From: Mycobacteriales bacterium | GTDB lineage: Bacteria; Actinomycetota; Actinomycetes; JAFAQI01 | Assembly: GCA_036267875.1 (NCBI GenBank) | Contig: DATAVE010000064.1 | Span: forward strand, 3,546 to 67,545 | Length of the DNA stretch: 64,000 nt | Reading direction: 5' to 3' | In this document: in pieces, positions 37,596 through 46,427 of the stretch | How positions within the stretch are numbered: position 1 is the first letter of the stretch | Layout of the letters: each line of letters opens with the position of its first letter | The notes under the pieces: model-generated | Told to the model about the DNA's origin: nothing | The model's database searches: none | What the model saw: only the letters and a program-made list of their open reading frames with translations | Made by a program: the position numbers and the translations under genes

Positions 37596-40500
37596 CTACG
37601 AGCCTGCGGCTCGAAGCCAGAACCGGATCGGCGGCTCGCTCAGCGTGTGCTCGGCCAGCGGGGCCGCCGGCGCGCCTTCGGTGACGGACACGGCGAGCAC
37701 TTCGGTGCCCAGCAGGTCGGCGCCGCCACGGACGGCCGGGGCGACCGCCTCGTCGGCCTGCCACCAGAGCTCGATGCGGTCGGTGACCTCCAAGCCGGTC
37801 GACTTACGCGCGTCCTGGACGCAACGCACGAGTTCGCGCACCACCCCGGCAGCGCGCAGCTCGTCGTCGAGCGACAGATCGAGGGCGACCGTGTCCGGAC
37901 CTGAGCTCGCCACCGCCCAGCCGGCTCGCGGCGTCTCGGTGCTGATCACGTCATCTACGTCGAGCTCGATCGTCTCGCCGTCGAGCTCCACCGTGGCGTT
38001 ACCGGTTGCCCGCAGCGACGCGACCAGCGCGGCGTGATCGGCGGCGTGAATCGTGTCGGCGACCGTCTGAGTCCGCTTCCCGAATCGCTTGCCGAGGGCG
38101 CGGAAGTTCGCCTTCACGCTGACCTCGACGAGGTCGCCTGCTCCGGAGAGCGGCTCGACCTGACGCACGTTGAGCTCGTCGGCGACCTCCGCGACCAGCC
38201 CGGCCGGCAGGGTGTCCCAGCCGGGAGCTGACACCAGCGCGCGACCCAGCGGCTGGCGGGTGCGTACCGAGGACTCCGCTCGGGCGGATCGACCCAGCTC
38301 CACGACGCGGCGGATCAGCGCCATCTGGCCGCCTAGATCGGCCGAGACGGCTGCCGGGTCTGCAACCGGCCATGGCTCGAGGTGCACGCTGTCCGCGGCG
38401 TCTGGGTCGACGTCGCGGGCGAGGCGCTCGTGGACCTCCTCGGTGACGAACGGTACGAAGGGCGCGAGCAGGCGGGTAATGACGTCGAGGCATTCCGCGA
38501 GAGTTGCCAGCGCTGCCGGATCGCCCTCCCAGAACCGCCTTCGCGAGCGCCGGACGTACCAGTTCGACAGGTCGTCGACGAGCTCGGTGAGCCGGCGTCC
38601 GGCACGCGTCGGATCGAAGTCGTCGAGCGCCTCGGTGACTTCCACGATCGTGCGGTGAAGTTCGGATCGGGCCCATCGGTCCAACGCCGGCCGCTCGGCA
38701 GGAGGCGGAGCCGCGTGGTCAGGCGTCCAGTCGTTCGCCCGCGCGTACAGGACGAGAAACGACGCGGTGTTCCAGTAGGTCAGCAGGACCTTGCGGACCA
38801 CCTCGCCGACCGATTCGTGACCGACTCGCCTGGCCGACCACGGGTTGCCGGCGGTGAGCATGAACCAGCGCAGCGCATCGGCGCCGTGGCGCTCGAAGAG
38901 CTCGAACGGGTCGAGCACGTTCCCGAGGTGCTTGCTCATCTTGCGGCCCTGCTCGTCGAGGATGTGACCGAGGCAGAGCACGGTTTGGTACGACGAGCGG
39001 TCGAAGACGAGCGTGCCGATCGCCATCAACGTGTAGAACCAGCCGCGCGTCTGGTCGATGGCCTCACAGATGTAGTCGGCCGGGTACGACGCGTCGAACT
39101 CGGCCTGGTTGCGGTGTGGCGCACCCCACTGGGCGAACGGCATCGAGCCCGCGTCGTACCAGCAGTCGATGACCTCAGGCACGCGTCGGGCCTGCTCGCC
39201 GCACGTCGGACAGGCGAAGGTCACGTCGTCCACGAAGGGCCGGTGCGGGTCAAGGGCGCTCAGGTCCTGGCCGGCGTGAGAGCCCAGCTCGGCGAGGGAC
39301 CCCACGACGGTGAGGTGCTCGGCCTCGCAGCGCCAGATCGGCAGCGGCGTGCCCCAGTAGCGATTACGGGACAGCGCCCAGTCGACGTTGTTCTCGAGCC
39401 AGTCGCCGTAGCGGCCGGTCTTGATGGTGGCCGGATGCCAGTCTGTCGCGGCGTTCTCCCGAAGCAGCGCGTCCTTGACCGCGGTCGTACGGATGTACCA
39501 GGACGGCAGCGCGTAGTAGATGAGAGGCGTGTCGCAGCGCCAGCAGTGCGGATAGGAGTGGGTGTAGTCCTCCTTGCGCAGCAGCAGCCCGCGCTCCTGG
39601 AGGTCCGCGACGATCGTCGGATCGGCGGCCTTGAAGAACTGCCCGCCGACGAGCGGCAGATCCGCCTCGAAATGGCCGTCCGCCTCGATCGGGTTGACCA
39701 CCGGCAGCCCGTAGCGGCGGGCGACGGCGAGGTCGTCCGCGCCGAATGCAGGCGCCTGGTGGACCAGGCCGGTGCCGTCCTCGACGGTGACGTAGCTCGC
39801 CAGGCCGACGAAGTGGGCCTCGGGGATGTCGACGAGCTCGAAAGGGCGAGAGTAGGTGACGTGCTCCAGGGACGTTCCGGACATCCGGTCGATGATCTCC
39901 GCGCCCTCGCCGAGGGCGTGGTCGACGAGCGGCTCGGCGACGACGAGCAGCTCGTCCGACCCGCTCGGGCGGGCGACGACGTAGGTCACGTCCGGGTTGA
40001 CCGCGACCGCGGTGTTGCTGACGAGCGTCCACGGAGTCGTCGTCCAGACCAGCAGCGCCACGCTTCGCCCGTACGTACTGGGCTCAGCGAGCGGACCGCT
40101 GGTGATCGGAAACCGGACATAAACGGATGGATCGGTCACATCGAGGTATCCCTGCGCGACCTCGTGGTCGCTCAGTCCGGTGCCACAGCGCGGGCAGTAC
40201 GGCGTGACGCGGTGGTCCTGGACGAGCAGGCCCTTGTCGAAGATCTGCTTGAGCGACCACCACACGCTCTCGATGTATGCCGCGTCCATGGTCCAGTACG
40301 CGGTGTCCAGGTCGACCCAGTAACCCATTCGCTCGGTCATCTGGGTGAACGCATCGACGTGCTCCAGCACCGACTCGCGGCACTTGGCGTTGAACGCCTC
40401 GATGCCGTAGTCCTCGATGTCGTCCTTGCCGGAGAAACCGAGCCGCTTCTCGACTTCGAGCTCGACCGGGAGCCCGTGGCAGTCCCAGCCTGCTCGGCGA

Positions 40501-40727
40501 GGCACGTGATAGCCCCGCATCGTGCGGTAGCGGGGGAACAGGTCCTTGAAGACGCGGGCTTCGACGTGGTGGGTGCCTGGGCGGCCGTTAGCGGTCGGCG
40601 GACCCTCGTAGAAGGTCCACAACGGGCCGTCCGCGGTCTGCTCCAGGCTGCGCGCGAAGACGTCGCGGGCCTGCCAGCGGGCGAGTACGTCGTGCTCGAG
40701 GGCCGGCAGGTCGACTTGGGGGCTCAT
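37596..40727 (-). CDS. ileS: Isoleucine--tRNA ligase IleS
   Basis: Class I aaRS with ...PPTANGRPGTHHV (HIGH) and KMSKHLGN (KMSKS). Start set at ATG 40727 (MSPQVDLPALEHDVLARWQ). The ORF-track start at 40766 is 13 codons upstream. Confidence 0.9.
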   Translation of the reverse strand: MSPQVDLPALEHDVLARWQARDVFARSLEQTADGPLWTFYEGPPTANGRPGTHHVEARVFKDLFPRYRTMRGYHVPRRAGWDCHGLPVELEVEKRLGFSGKDDIEDYGIEAFNAKCRESVLEHVDAFTQMTERMGYWVDLDTAYWTMDAAYIESVWWSLKQIFDKGLLVQDHRVTPYCPRCGTGLSDHEVAQGYLDVTDPSVYVRFPITSGPLAEPSTYGRSVALLVWTTTPWTLVSNTAVAVNPDVTYVVARPSGSDELLVVAEPLVDHALGEGAEIIDRMSGTSLEHVTYSRPFELVDIPEAHFVGLASYVTVEDGTGLVHQAPAFGADDLAVARRYGLPVVNPIEADGHFEADLPLVGGQFFKAADPTIVADLQERGLLLRKEDYTHSYPHCWRCDTPLIYYALPSWYIRTTAVKDALLRENAATDWHPATIKTGRYGDWLENNVDWALSRNRYWGTPLPIWRCEAEHLTVVGSLAELGSHAGQDLSALDPHRPFVDDVTFACPTCGEQARRVPEVIDCWYDAGSMPFAQWGAPHRNQAEFDASYPADYICEAIDQTRGWFYTLMAIGTLVFDRSSYQTVLCLGHILDEQGRKMSKHLGNVLDPFELFERHGADALRWFMLTAGNPWSARRVGHESVGEVVRKVLLTYWNTASFLVLYARANDWTPDHAAPPPAERPALDRWARSELHRTIVEVTEALDDFDPTRAGRRLTELVDDLSNWYVRRSRRRFWEGDPAALATLAECLDVITRLLAPFVPFVTEEVHERLARDVDPDAADSVHLEPWPVADPAAVSADLGGQMALIRRVVELGRSARAESSVRTRQPLGRALVSAPGWDTLPAGLVAEVADELNVRQVEPLSGAGDLVEVSVKANFRALGKRFGKRTQTVADTIHAADHAALVASLRATGNATVELDGETIELDVDDVISTETPRAGWAVASSGPDTVALDLSLDDELRAAGVVRELVRCVQDARKSTGLEVTDRIELWWQADEAVAPAVRGGADLLGTEVLAVSVTEGAPAAPLAEHTLSEPPIRFWLRAAGS

Positions 40728-40920
40728 CTGGCGGTAGCCCTGCCGCTGCTCGTGCGGGGCTTCCACGAAACGCGAGCGTAGCCTTGCTGGTACGGGAGAG
40801 TCGGATGGGCCAGTTGCGGCGCGGCGCGTTGCTGGCAGGTGAACGCGGTTCTATTCTGCGCGCACCCACGATCGGCGGTGGCTGGGCCGGCGAAACCGGC
40901 GGAGGTTCGGGAGGCCGAGA

Positions 40921-42300
40921 ATGGCACGGGAGCACTCGACCCTAGGTGGTCGGTTGCGTCGCCTCGTGACCCCTCGCGGCGTCGTGGACTCCGTTTCGGG
41001 TGCCGGAGCGGCTGTCGCGGGTGCCGCAACATTCGCCACACAGGTCACGTCAGCAGCAGCCGGAACAGCACAGCGGGCGACTCAGCGCTCGGCCACCGAC
41101 GCGCTACGGCGCGGCGGCCGCTCGAGCACGACATCCACGGTCGCGCGGAACACCAGCTCACGCTCCACCGTTGCAAAGCCAGCTGCGGTCAGCCGGCCGG
41201 CTGCCAAGAAGGTGGCCCCGCGAACCGCAGCGGCGAATACGACGAAGCAGACAGCGACTGGAAAGGCGCTTGTGAAGCAGGCAGTGACCAAGACGGCCGT
41301 GGCGAAGTCAGCTGCGGCAAAGGTGGCGCCAAAGAAGGTTGCCGCCACCAAAGCGGCGCCCGCGAAGGTGGCGGCCACCAAGGCTGCGCCGACCAAGGTT
41401 GCCGTGAAGAAAGCGCCAGCGAAGGCTGCGCCCGCGAAGGCGGCGCCGGCGAAGGCTGCTGCGAAGAAGGCTCCGGCTAAGGCTGCGCCCGCGACGGCTG
41501 CCGTGAAGAAGGTGCCGGCCAAGGCTGCTCCGACCAGGGCGGCTGCGCCGACCAGGGCGGCTGCGCCGACCAAGGCGGCTGCGCCGGCAAAGAAGGCTGC
41601 CGCTCCCGCCGTCAAGAAGGTGGCTGCTCCGGTCGCGAAGGCGCCTGCGAAGAAAGTTGCTCCCGCTAAGACTGTCGGGACGAAGCGGGAGGCCGTGAAG
41701 GCTCCTGCCGCGGACCCCGTGACCGAGGTTGTTCCGACTACTCCGGTCAAAGCCCCCTCCAAGGCCGCTGCGAAGAAGGCAGCCGCCCTCGCCCTCGAGG
41801 CAGCGGCCGACGACGACACTCCGGCGCCGCCGACGCGTGCCGAGCTGCTGGCTGCTGCCGCGGCCGCCCAGGCGAAGCCGGTACAGGCCGATGTGGTCGC
41901 GCCGAAGTCCGGTGCGACCGTGCTGGTCGGCGAGCGACCGTGGACCAAGCCCGAGCTCGCGAAGGTTCGCGGGTCGCTCGAGGCTCAGGTGCGTGACTTG
42001 CGCGGCGAGATCACCGACGCCGAAGAGAACTGGGCCGCCTTGCAGCGGGACAGCGGCGAAGGCGCCGGCGACGACCAGGCCGATGCGGGTACCAAGACCT
42101 TCGAGCGCGAGCACGAGATGTCGCTCGCGGCGAACAGCCGCGACCTGCTCTCGCAGGTCGAGCGGGCGCTCCAGCGCCTCGACGACGGCTCCTACCCGGT
42201 CTGCGAGAGCTGTGGCAACCCGATCGGCAAGGCCCGGCTGCAGGCGTTTCCCCGTGCAACCCTGTGCGTGTCATGCAAACAACGCGAGGAGCGTCGGTAG
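40921..42300 (+). CDS. TraR/DksA-family C4-type zinc-finger protein with a ~330-aa histone-H1-like Lys/Ala-rich N-terminal extension
   Basis: The C-terminal ~120 aa carries the DksA/TraR fold with CxxC-N17-CxxC (...[34 protein letters not shown]). The N-terminus consists of dozens of AAKKAAPAK/KKVAA repeats. GGGAGG RBS. Confidence 0.75.
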   Translation: MAREHSTLGGRLRRLVTPRGVVDSVSGAGAAVAGAATFATQVTSAAAGTAQRATQRSATDALRRGGRSSTTSTVARNTSSRSTVAKPAAVSRPAAKKVAPRTAAANTTKQTATGKALVKQAVTKTAVAKSAAAKVAPKKVAATKAAPAKVAATKAAPTKVAVKKAPAKAAPAKAAPAKAAAKKAPAKAAPATAAVKKVPAKAAPTRAAAPTRAAAPTKAAAPAKKAAAPAVKKVAAPVAKAPAKKVAPAKTVGTKREAVKAPAADPVTEVVPTTPVKAPSKAAAKKAAALALEAAADDDTPAPPTRAELLAAAAAAQAKPVQADVVAPKSGATVLVGERPWTKPELAKVRGSLEAQVRDLRGEITDAEENWAALQRDSGEGAGDDQADAGTKTFEREHEMSLAANSRDLLSQVERALQRLDDGSYPVCESCGNPIGKARLQAFPRATLCVSCKQREERR

Positions 42301-42824
42301 AGGCCGACGCGCCACCCCAGCAACCAGATCGGCGTCGCACGGCGTTGCTCGCTGCGATCGCGCTGCTCGTGGTGGCTGTCGATGTCGTCACGAAGCTCAT
42401 CGCCGTTGCGAAGCTGGCGGATCGGGCGAGGGTCACCGTCGTGCCGCACGTCCTGTGGCTGACCTTCACTCGAAACTCCGGCGCGGCCTTCAGCGTCGGG
42501 ACCGGCGCGACCTGGATCTTCACGGCGGTCGCTATCGCAGTCGTGGTCGTGATCGTGCGGACGGCACGGTCGCTGACCTCCCTCGGGTGGGCCGTGTCGC
42601 TCGGGCTGCTGCTCGGCGGCGCACTGGGCAACCTCAGCGACCGGATCTTCCGGGAACCAGGTCCGCTTCGTGGCCATGTCGTCGACTGGATCGAACTGCC
42701 GCACTGGCCGATCTTCAACATCGCAGATGCCTCCATCGTGGTCGGCGGTGTCCTCGCGGTGCTGCTGGCGAGCCGAGGCATCGAGATCGACGGCAGCAAG
42801 CGGTCGGAGAACACAGCACGATGA
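42273..42824 (+). CDS. lspA: Lipoprotein signal peptidase II LspA
   Basis: 4-TM protein with NxGAAFS and FNIAD active-site motifs. The start overlaps the 3' end of the DksA-like gene. Confidence 0.85.
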   Translation: MQTTRGASVEADAPPQQPDRRRTALLAAIALLVVAVDVVTKLIAVAKLADRARVTVVPHVLWLTFTRNSGAAFSVGTGATWIFTAVAIAVVVVIVRTARSLTSLGWAVSLGLLLGGALGNLSDRIFREPGPLRGHVVDWIELPHWPIFNIADASIVVGGVLAVLLASRGIEIDGSKRSENTAR

Positions 42825-43747
42825 GCCAGAGCCGGGGCCTCGAGCTACCGGAGGGCCTTGACGGCTCCCGGGTCGATGCGGCAGTCGCTCGGCTCTTCGG
42901 GCTGTCGCGGACTGCGGCGGCGGACCTCGTCGCCTCAGGTGGCGTCCTGCTCGAAGGCGTTGCTCCGGCAAAGTCGCAGCGGGTCAACGCAGGCGAGTGG
43001 ATCGAGGTCGAGCTTCCCGAGCCCGTCACGGTGACCGTGTCAGCTGAGCTCGTCGACGGGCTGCGGATCGTGTACGACGACGACGACATCGTCGTGGTGG
43101 ACAAGCCGGTCGGAGTTGCGGCGCATCCCAGCCCGGGATGGTCCGGCCCGACGGTGATCGGTGGTCTGGCCGGCGCGGGCTATCGCATTGCGACCTCGGG
43201 CGCGGCCGAGCGGCAGGGCGTGGTGCACCGTCTCGACGTCGGCACCACCGGGCTGATGGTCGTCGCCAAGAGCGAGCTCGCGTACTCGGTGTTGAAGGAC
43301 GCTTTCCGCAACCGGACGGTCGACAAGCGATACCGCGCGCTGGTCCAGGGCCATCCGGACCCGAGCCGCGGGACGATCGACGCGCCGATCGGCCGGCACC
43401 CGAGTCACGACTACCGCTGGGCGGTAGTCAGCGAAGGCCGCCCGAGCGTGACGCACTACGAGACTGTCGAGGCGTTCCGGGCGGCGAGCCTGCTCGACAT
43501 CCGACTGGAAACCGGCCGTACCCATCAGATCCGGGTGCACATGTCCGCGGTCCGGCACCCGTGTGTCGGCGACCTCACCTACGGCGCTGATCCGACCCTT
43601 GCGGCGCGGATCGGCCTCGAGCGGCAGTGGCTGCATGCCCGCAGCCTCGCGTTCGAGCATCCGACCGAGCATCGGCCGGTCGAGTTCGTCAGCGAGCCCC
43701 CGGCTGACCTGAACAAGGCGCTGGCAGCTCTGGCTGAACAGTCATGA
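42821..43747 (+). CDS. rluD: 23S rRNA pseudouridine synthase RluD-family (RluA superfamily)
   Basis: S4 domain followed by the [15 protein letters not shown] catalytic motif. ATGA overlap with the lspA stop. Confidence 0.85.
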   Translation: MSQSRGLELPEGLDGSRVDAAVARLFGLSRTAAADLVASGGVLLEGVAPAKSQRVNAGEWIEVELPEPVTVTVSAELVDGLRIVYDDDDIVVVDKPVGVAAHPSPGWSGPTVIGGLAGAGYRIATSGAAERQGVVHRLDVGTTGLMVVAKSELAYSVLKDAFRNRTVDKRYRALVQGHPDPSRGTIDAPIGRHPSHDYRWAVVSEGRPSVTHYETVEAFRAASLLDIRLETGRTHQIRVHMSAVRHPCVGDLTYGADPTLAARIGLERQWLHARSLAFEHPTEHRPVEFVSEPPADLNKALAALAEQS

Positions 43748-44643
43748 GCGGCGACCGCCAGCCCCGGTTCGCCGGGCTCGACGAGCGGGCGCTGCCCAAG
43801 TTGGCCGGGATCTTGCGTGGTATCGGGTCGGCTGCGGGCGCCGTCGTGGGTCCGCGTAGTGTCGCGGGTCGCGTCGTCGGTCCGTGGATCCGGCGCGAAC
43901 CTGTGATCGCGATCTCGCTGGTGTCCGTCGCCTTCGCGGCGGTGCTGATCGTCGCGACCGGCGGGGATGACCACGGCGCCGTACGCCCGTCGAAGCAGTC
44001 GGTCGGACCGGTGCTCCCGACCGCACACCGGCTCGGGCCGGCTCCGGGTGCTTCAGTGCCGTCGTACCTGGCTGCCGCAGCCACGCGACGTGACGCGCTG
44101 CAGTCGCTCGGCGCCTCGGAGCACGTAGCTGCGCTCGTCGACTTCACCGCCTACATCAGCCCACTTGCGATCGACACGTTGCTCGCCACGACGCCTGACG
44201 TGACAGTGCTACGCGGGTTTGCCCGGGTGCCGCCCCCGGTCGATGCGTTGGTGCATGTCCTGGTGACGTCGGTTGATGCGAACCTGTCGACGGAGCTGGC
44301 GAGCGCGCAAGCCGCCGCGAGCCAGATCGCGGAGCACTACAAGAGCGAGATCACGCAGTCGCTGGCGAGCCCCTCGACGGAGCTGAACGACGAGATCGAC
44401 GCTGGGGCTGCCGCGGCGGCGGATGCCCGAGTCGATGCGGCAGGTCTTAGCTCCGACTGCGGCTGTGTGTTCGCGTTGATCGTGTCGGGCCCGGTGTCGG
44501 AGCTTCAGGAGCTCGCCGGCGCAGCATCGGTACGCGTCCTCGATCCGGCGCCTGTTGACACCTCGATCGAGTCGTTGATGGTGGTGCCGCTCGAGCCGCA
44601 GGACACCAAGACGGCGTCGGAGCTGGCCTACGCCGGGGACTAG
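43744..44643 (+). CDS. Hypothetical single-pass membrane protein (N-in, ~230-aa extracytoplasmic domain)
   Basis: ATGA overlap with the rluD stop. One TM helix ([21 protein letters not shown]). Ala/Ser-rich ectodomain with a CGC motif. No recognisable family. Confidence 0.5.
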   Translation: MSGDRQPRFAGLDERALPKLAGILRGIGSAAGAVVGPRSVAGRVVGPWIRREPVIAISLVSVAFAAVLIVATGGDDHGAVRPSKQSVGPVLPTAHRLGPAPGASVPSYLAAAATRRDALQSLGASEHVAALVDFTAYISPLAIDTLLATTPDVTVLRGFARVPPPVDALVHVLVTSVDANLSTELASAQAAASQIAEHYKSEITQSLASPSTELNDEIDAGAAAAADARVDAAGLSSDCGCVFALIVSGPVSELQELAGAASVRVLDPAPVDTSIESLMVVPLEPQDTKTASELAYAGD

Positions 44644-45482
44644 ACGGGTTTGATCTTCAGTGATCGCAGGATGACCGAGTGCGTGCCGTGCACCGGCGGC
44701 AACCCGTGGTTGAGCCACAGCGTCAGGTAGAGGTACATGTGCTGGCTCGTGGGGTCGCTCGCCCCGTAGTACTTCCACTTGGTCAGCAGCCGCGAGTGCG
44801 GGGAAGCACCCACTCGGGTCTCGAAAGCGACGGTTCCCTTGCCATTCGACGGCGGGTACCAGGTGAACTGCTCGAGCAAGTGGCCGTAGCTCGGCTTCAC
44901 GTAGTAGTGGTGCTCGTGACCCGAGAGCTTGTAGGGCTGTACCGCGAACTGGGCGTTGTCAGGCGCAGGAAGGTACTTCGGGAATCGGGAGTTCTCGACA
45001 TCGATCTCGTTGGTGTACAGCTTGGAGTTGGGGCGGTACGTGAACATCCCGAACACCGTGCGGTCGGAGAACTTGCCGGTCGCCGAATCGACGATCAGGC
45101 GGTAGCGGCCATAGCTGACCGGGGCCGCCGAGCGAAGCTCCACGGAGCGCCACGCGCCTCGTAGCTGAATGATGTTGAGGTGCAGTCGGCCGCTGCTGTC
45201 GACATATACGGCGTCGGAGGAGTTCGTCAGCCCATCGTTCTCGGGACCTTTGCCTACGTTGGACATGACGTTCCAGGCGAACCCGGACCAGTTGAGCTGG
45301 CTAGGGAACAAGCTGCCCGACGGACCCGGACCCTTGGCGAGATGCGCCCTGGTCACGGCGGGCGGCTGCCCGCTGGGCGTCGCTGCGAGCGCGGTAGTGC
45401 CGACGGCGAGAGTCCCGACCGTGGTGAGGACCGCGAGGGCGCGAAGGGCGCGCGAGAACCCCGGCTGAGTGCGGCTGGGCAA
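44640..45482 (-). CDS. Secreted GH16-like (concanavalin-A-like glucanase fold) protein, paralog A
   Basis: Signal peptide (…AVLTTVGTLAVGTTALAA). ExDxE catalytic-type motif NEIDVENSRFP. ~45% identical to the adjacent paralog. Confidence 0.45.
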   Translation of the reverse strand: MPSRTQPGFSRALRALAVLTTVGTLAVGTTALAATPSGQPPAVTRAHLAKGPGPSGSLFPSQLNWSGFAWNVMSNVGKGPENDGLTNSSDAVYVDSSGRLHLNIIQLRGAWRSVELRSAAPVSYGRYRLIVDSATGKFSDRTVFGMFTYRPNSKLYTNEIDVENSRFPKYLPAPDNAQFAVQPYKLSGHEHHYYVKPSYGHLLEQFTWYPPSNGKGTVAFETRVGASPHSRLLTKWKYYGASDPTSQHMYLYLTLWLNHGLPPVHGTHSVILRSLKIKPV

Positions 45483-45485
45483 CTC

Positions 45486-46340
45486 TCAACCCCCTAGCGG
45501 CGAGATGGTCAGGTTGCGAATGACCGCAGAGTGCGTCCCGGTCGTGGGGGGCGTGTTCTTGTTCATCCACAAGACCACGAAAAGCTGCATGTTCTCGGAC
45601 GTAGGTACGGCATAGCCCCCGTAGCTGAAGCGAGACAGCAGCGGCGAGTTCGGCGTCGTACCGACCCGCGCCTCGAACTGCACCAATCCGTGGGTCTCGT
45701 TGCCGAAGGCCGGACTCCAGGTGAACTGCTGGAGGAGCGGGTGGTAGTCGGGGCTGATGTAGTAGCCGTGCTGGTGGCCCGCGGGCTTGTACGGCTGCAC
45801 GGTGAACTGCGCATTGTCGGGCGCATGGAGAAGGTGAGGGAACCGCGAGTCCTCGATGTCGATCTCGTTCGTGTACTGCGCCGTACCTGGGCGATAGACG
45901 AACATGCCGAGTACGGCCCACGGGTCGAGGTCGGCCGTCTGGCTGTTCACGACCCAGCGATAGGTCCCGTACGGCACGTCGGTAAGCGCACGCATCTCGA
46001 CGCCCCGCCACTTGCCATCGATCTTCGTGACGTTCATGTGCAGCCAGCCGCGGCTGTCGACGTAGAGGGCCTTCGCGGCATTGGTGGTGGGTGTCTGCTC
46101 AGGCCCGCAGTTGGGGCAGTTGGGGTAGACGAGCCAGGTGATTCCAGACCAGTTGAGCAGCCGCTGGCCGGCGGTGCCGAGATCCACCGGCGTCGGCTGG
46201 ACGGCAACGGTGCCGTTGGTGGTCGCCGGCGCTGCCTGGGTGGCGACGGCGGTCAGTCCGAGCCCGGTTACGCCCACGATCGCGAGTGCCAGACAGACCA
46301 GAAAGATCCGCGATTGGGCAAGCAGGCGCGAGCTGGGCAC
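45486..46340 (-). CDS. Secreted GH16-like (concanavalin-A-like glucanase fold) protein, paralog B
   Basis: Signal peptide. NEIDIEDSRFP motif. A CPNCGPEQ insert. In tandem with paralog A. Confidence 0.45.
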   Translation of the reverse strand: MPSSRLLAQSRIFLVCLALAIVGVTGLGLTAVATQAAPATTNGTVAVQPTPVDLGTAGQRLLNWSGITWLVYPNCPNCGPEQTPTTNAAKALYVDSRGWLHMNVTKIDGKWRGVEMRALTDVPYGTYRWVVNSQTADLDPWAVLGMFVYRPGTAQYTNEIDIEDSRFPHLLHAPDNAQFTVQPYKPAGHQHGYYISPDYHPLLQQFTWSPAFGNETHGLVQFEARVGTTPNSPLLSRFSYGGYAVPTSENMQLFVVLWMNKNTPPTTGTHSAVIRNLTISPLGG

Positions 46341-46427
46341 CGGTTGAGCCTACGTGCCACCGATGTCCTGCGACTCGCCATCACCGACACGCCGATCCCG
46401 TCGCCGGGAGGTGTTAGAACTCTTCCG

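Noticed and set aside
40843-40856. GAACGCGGTTC palindrome in the ileS/dksA intergenic region as a second LexA box
   Set aside because: It matches only GAAC-N3-GTTC, not the TCGAAC-N4-GTTCGA spacing and flanks of the SOS box. Likely chance or another regulator site
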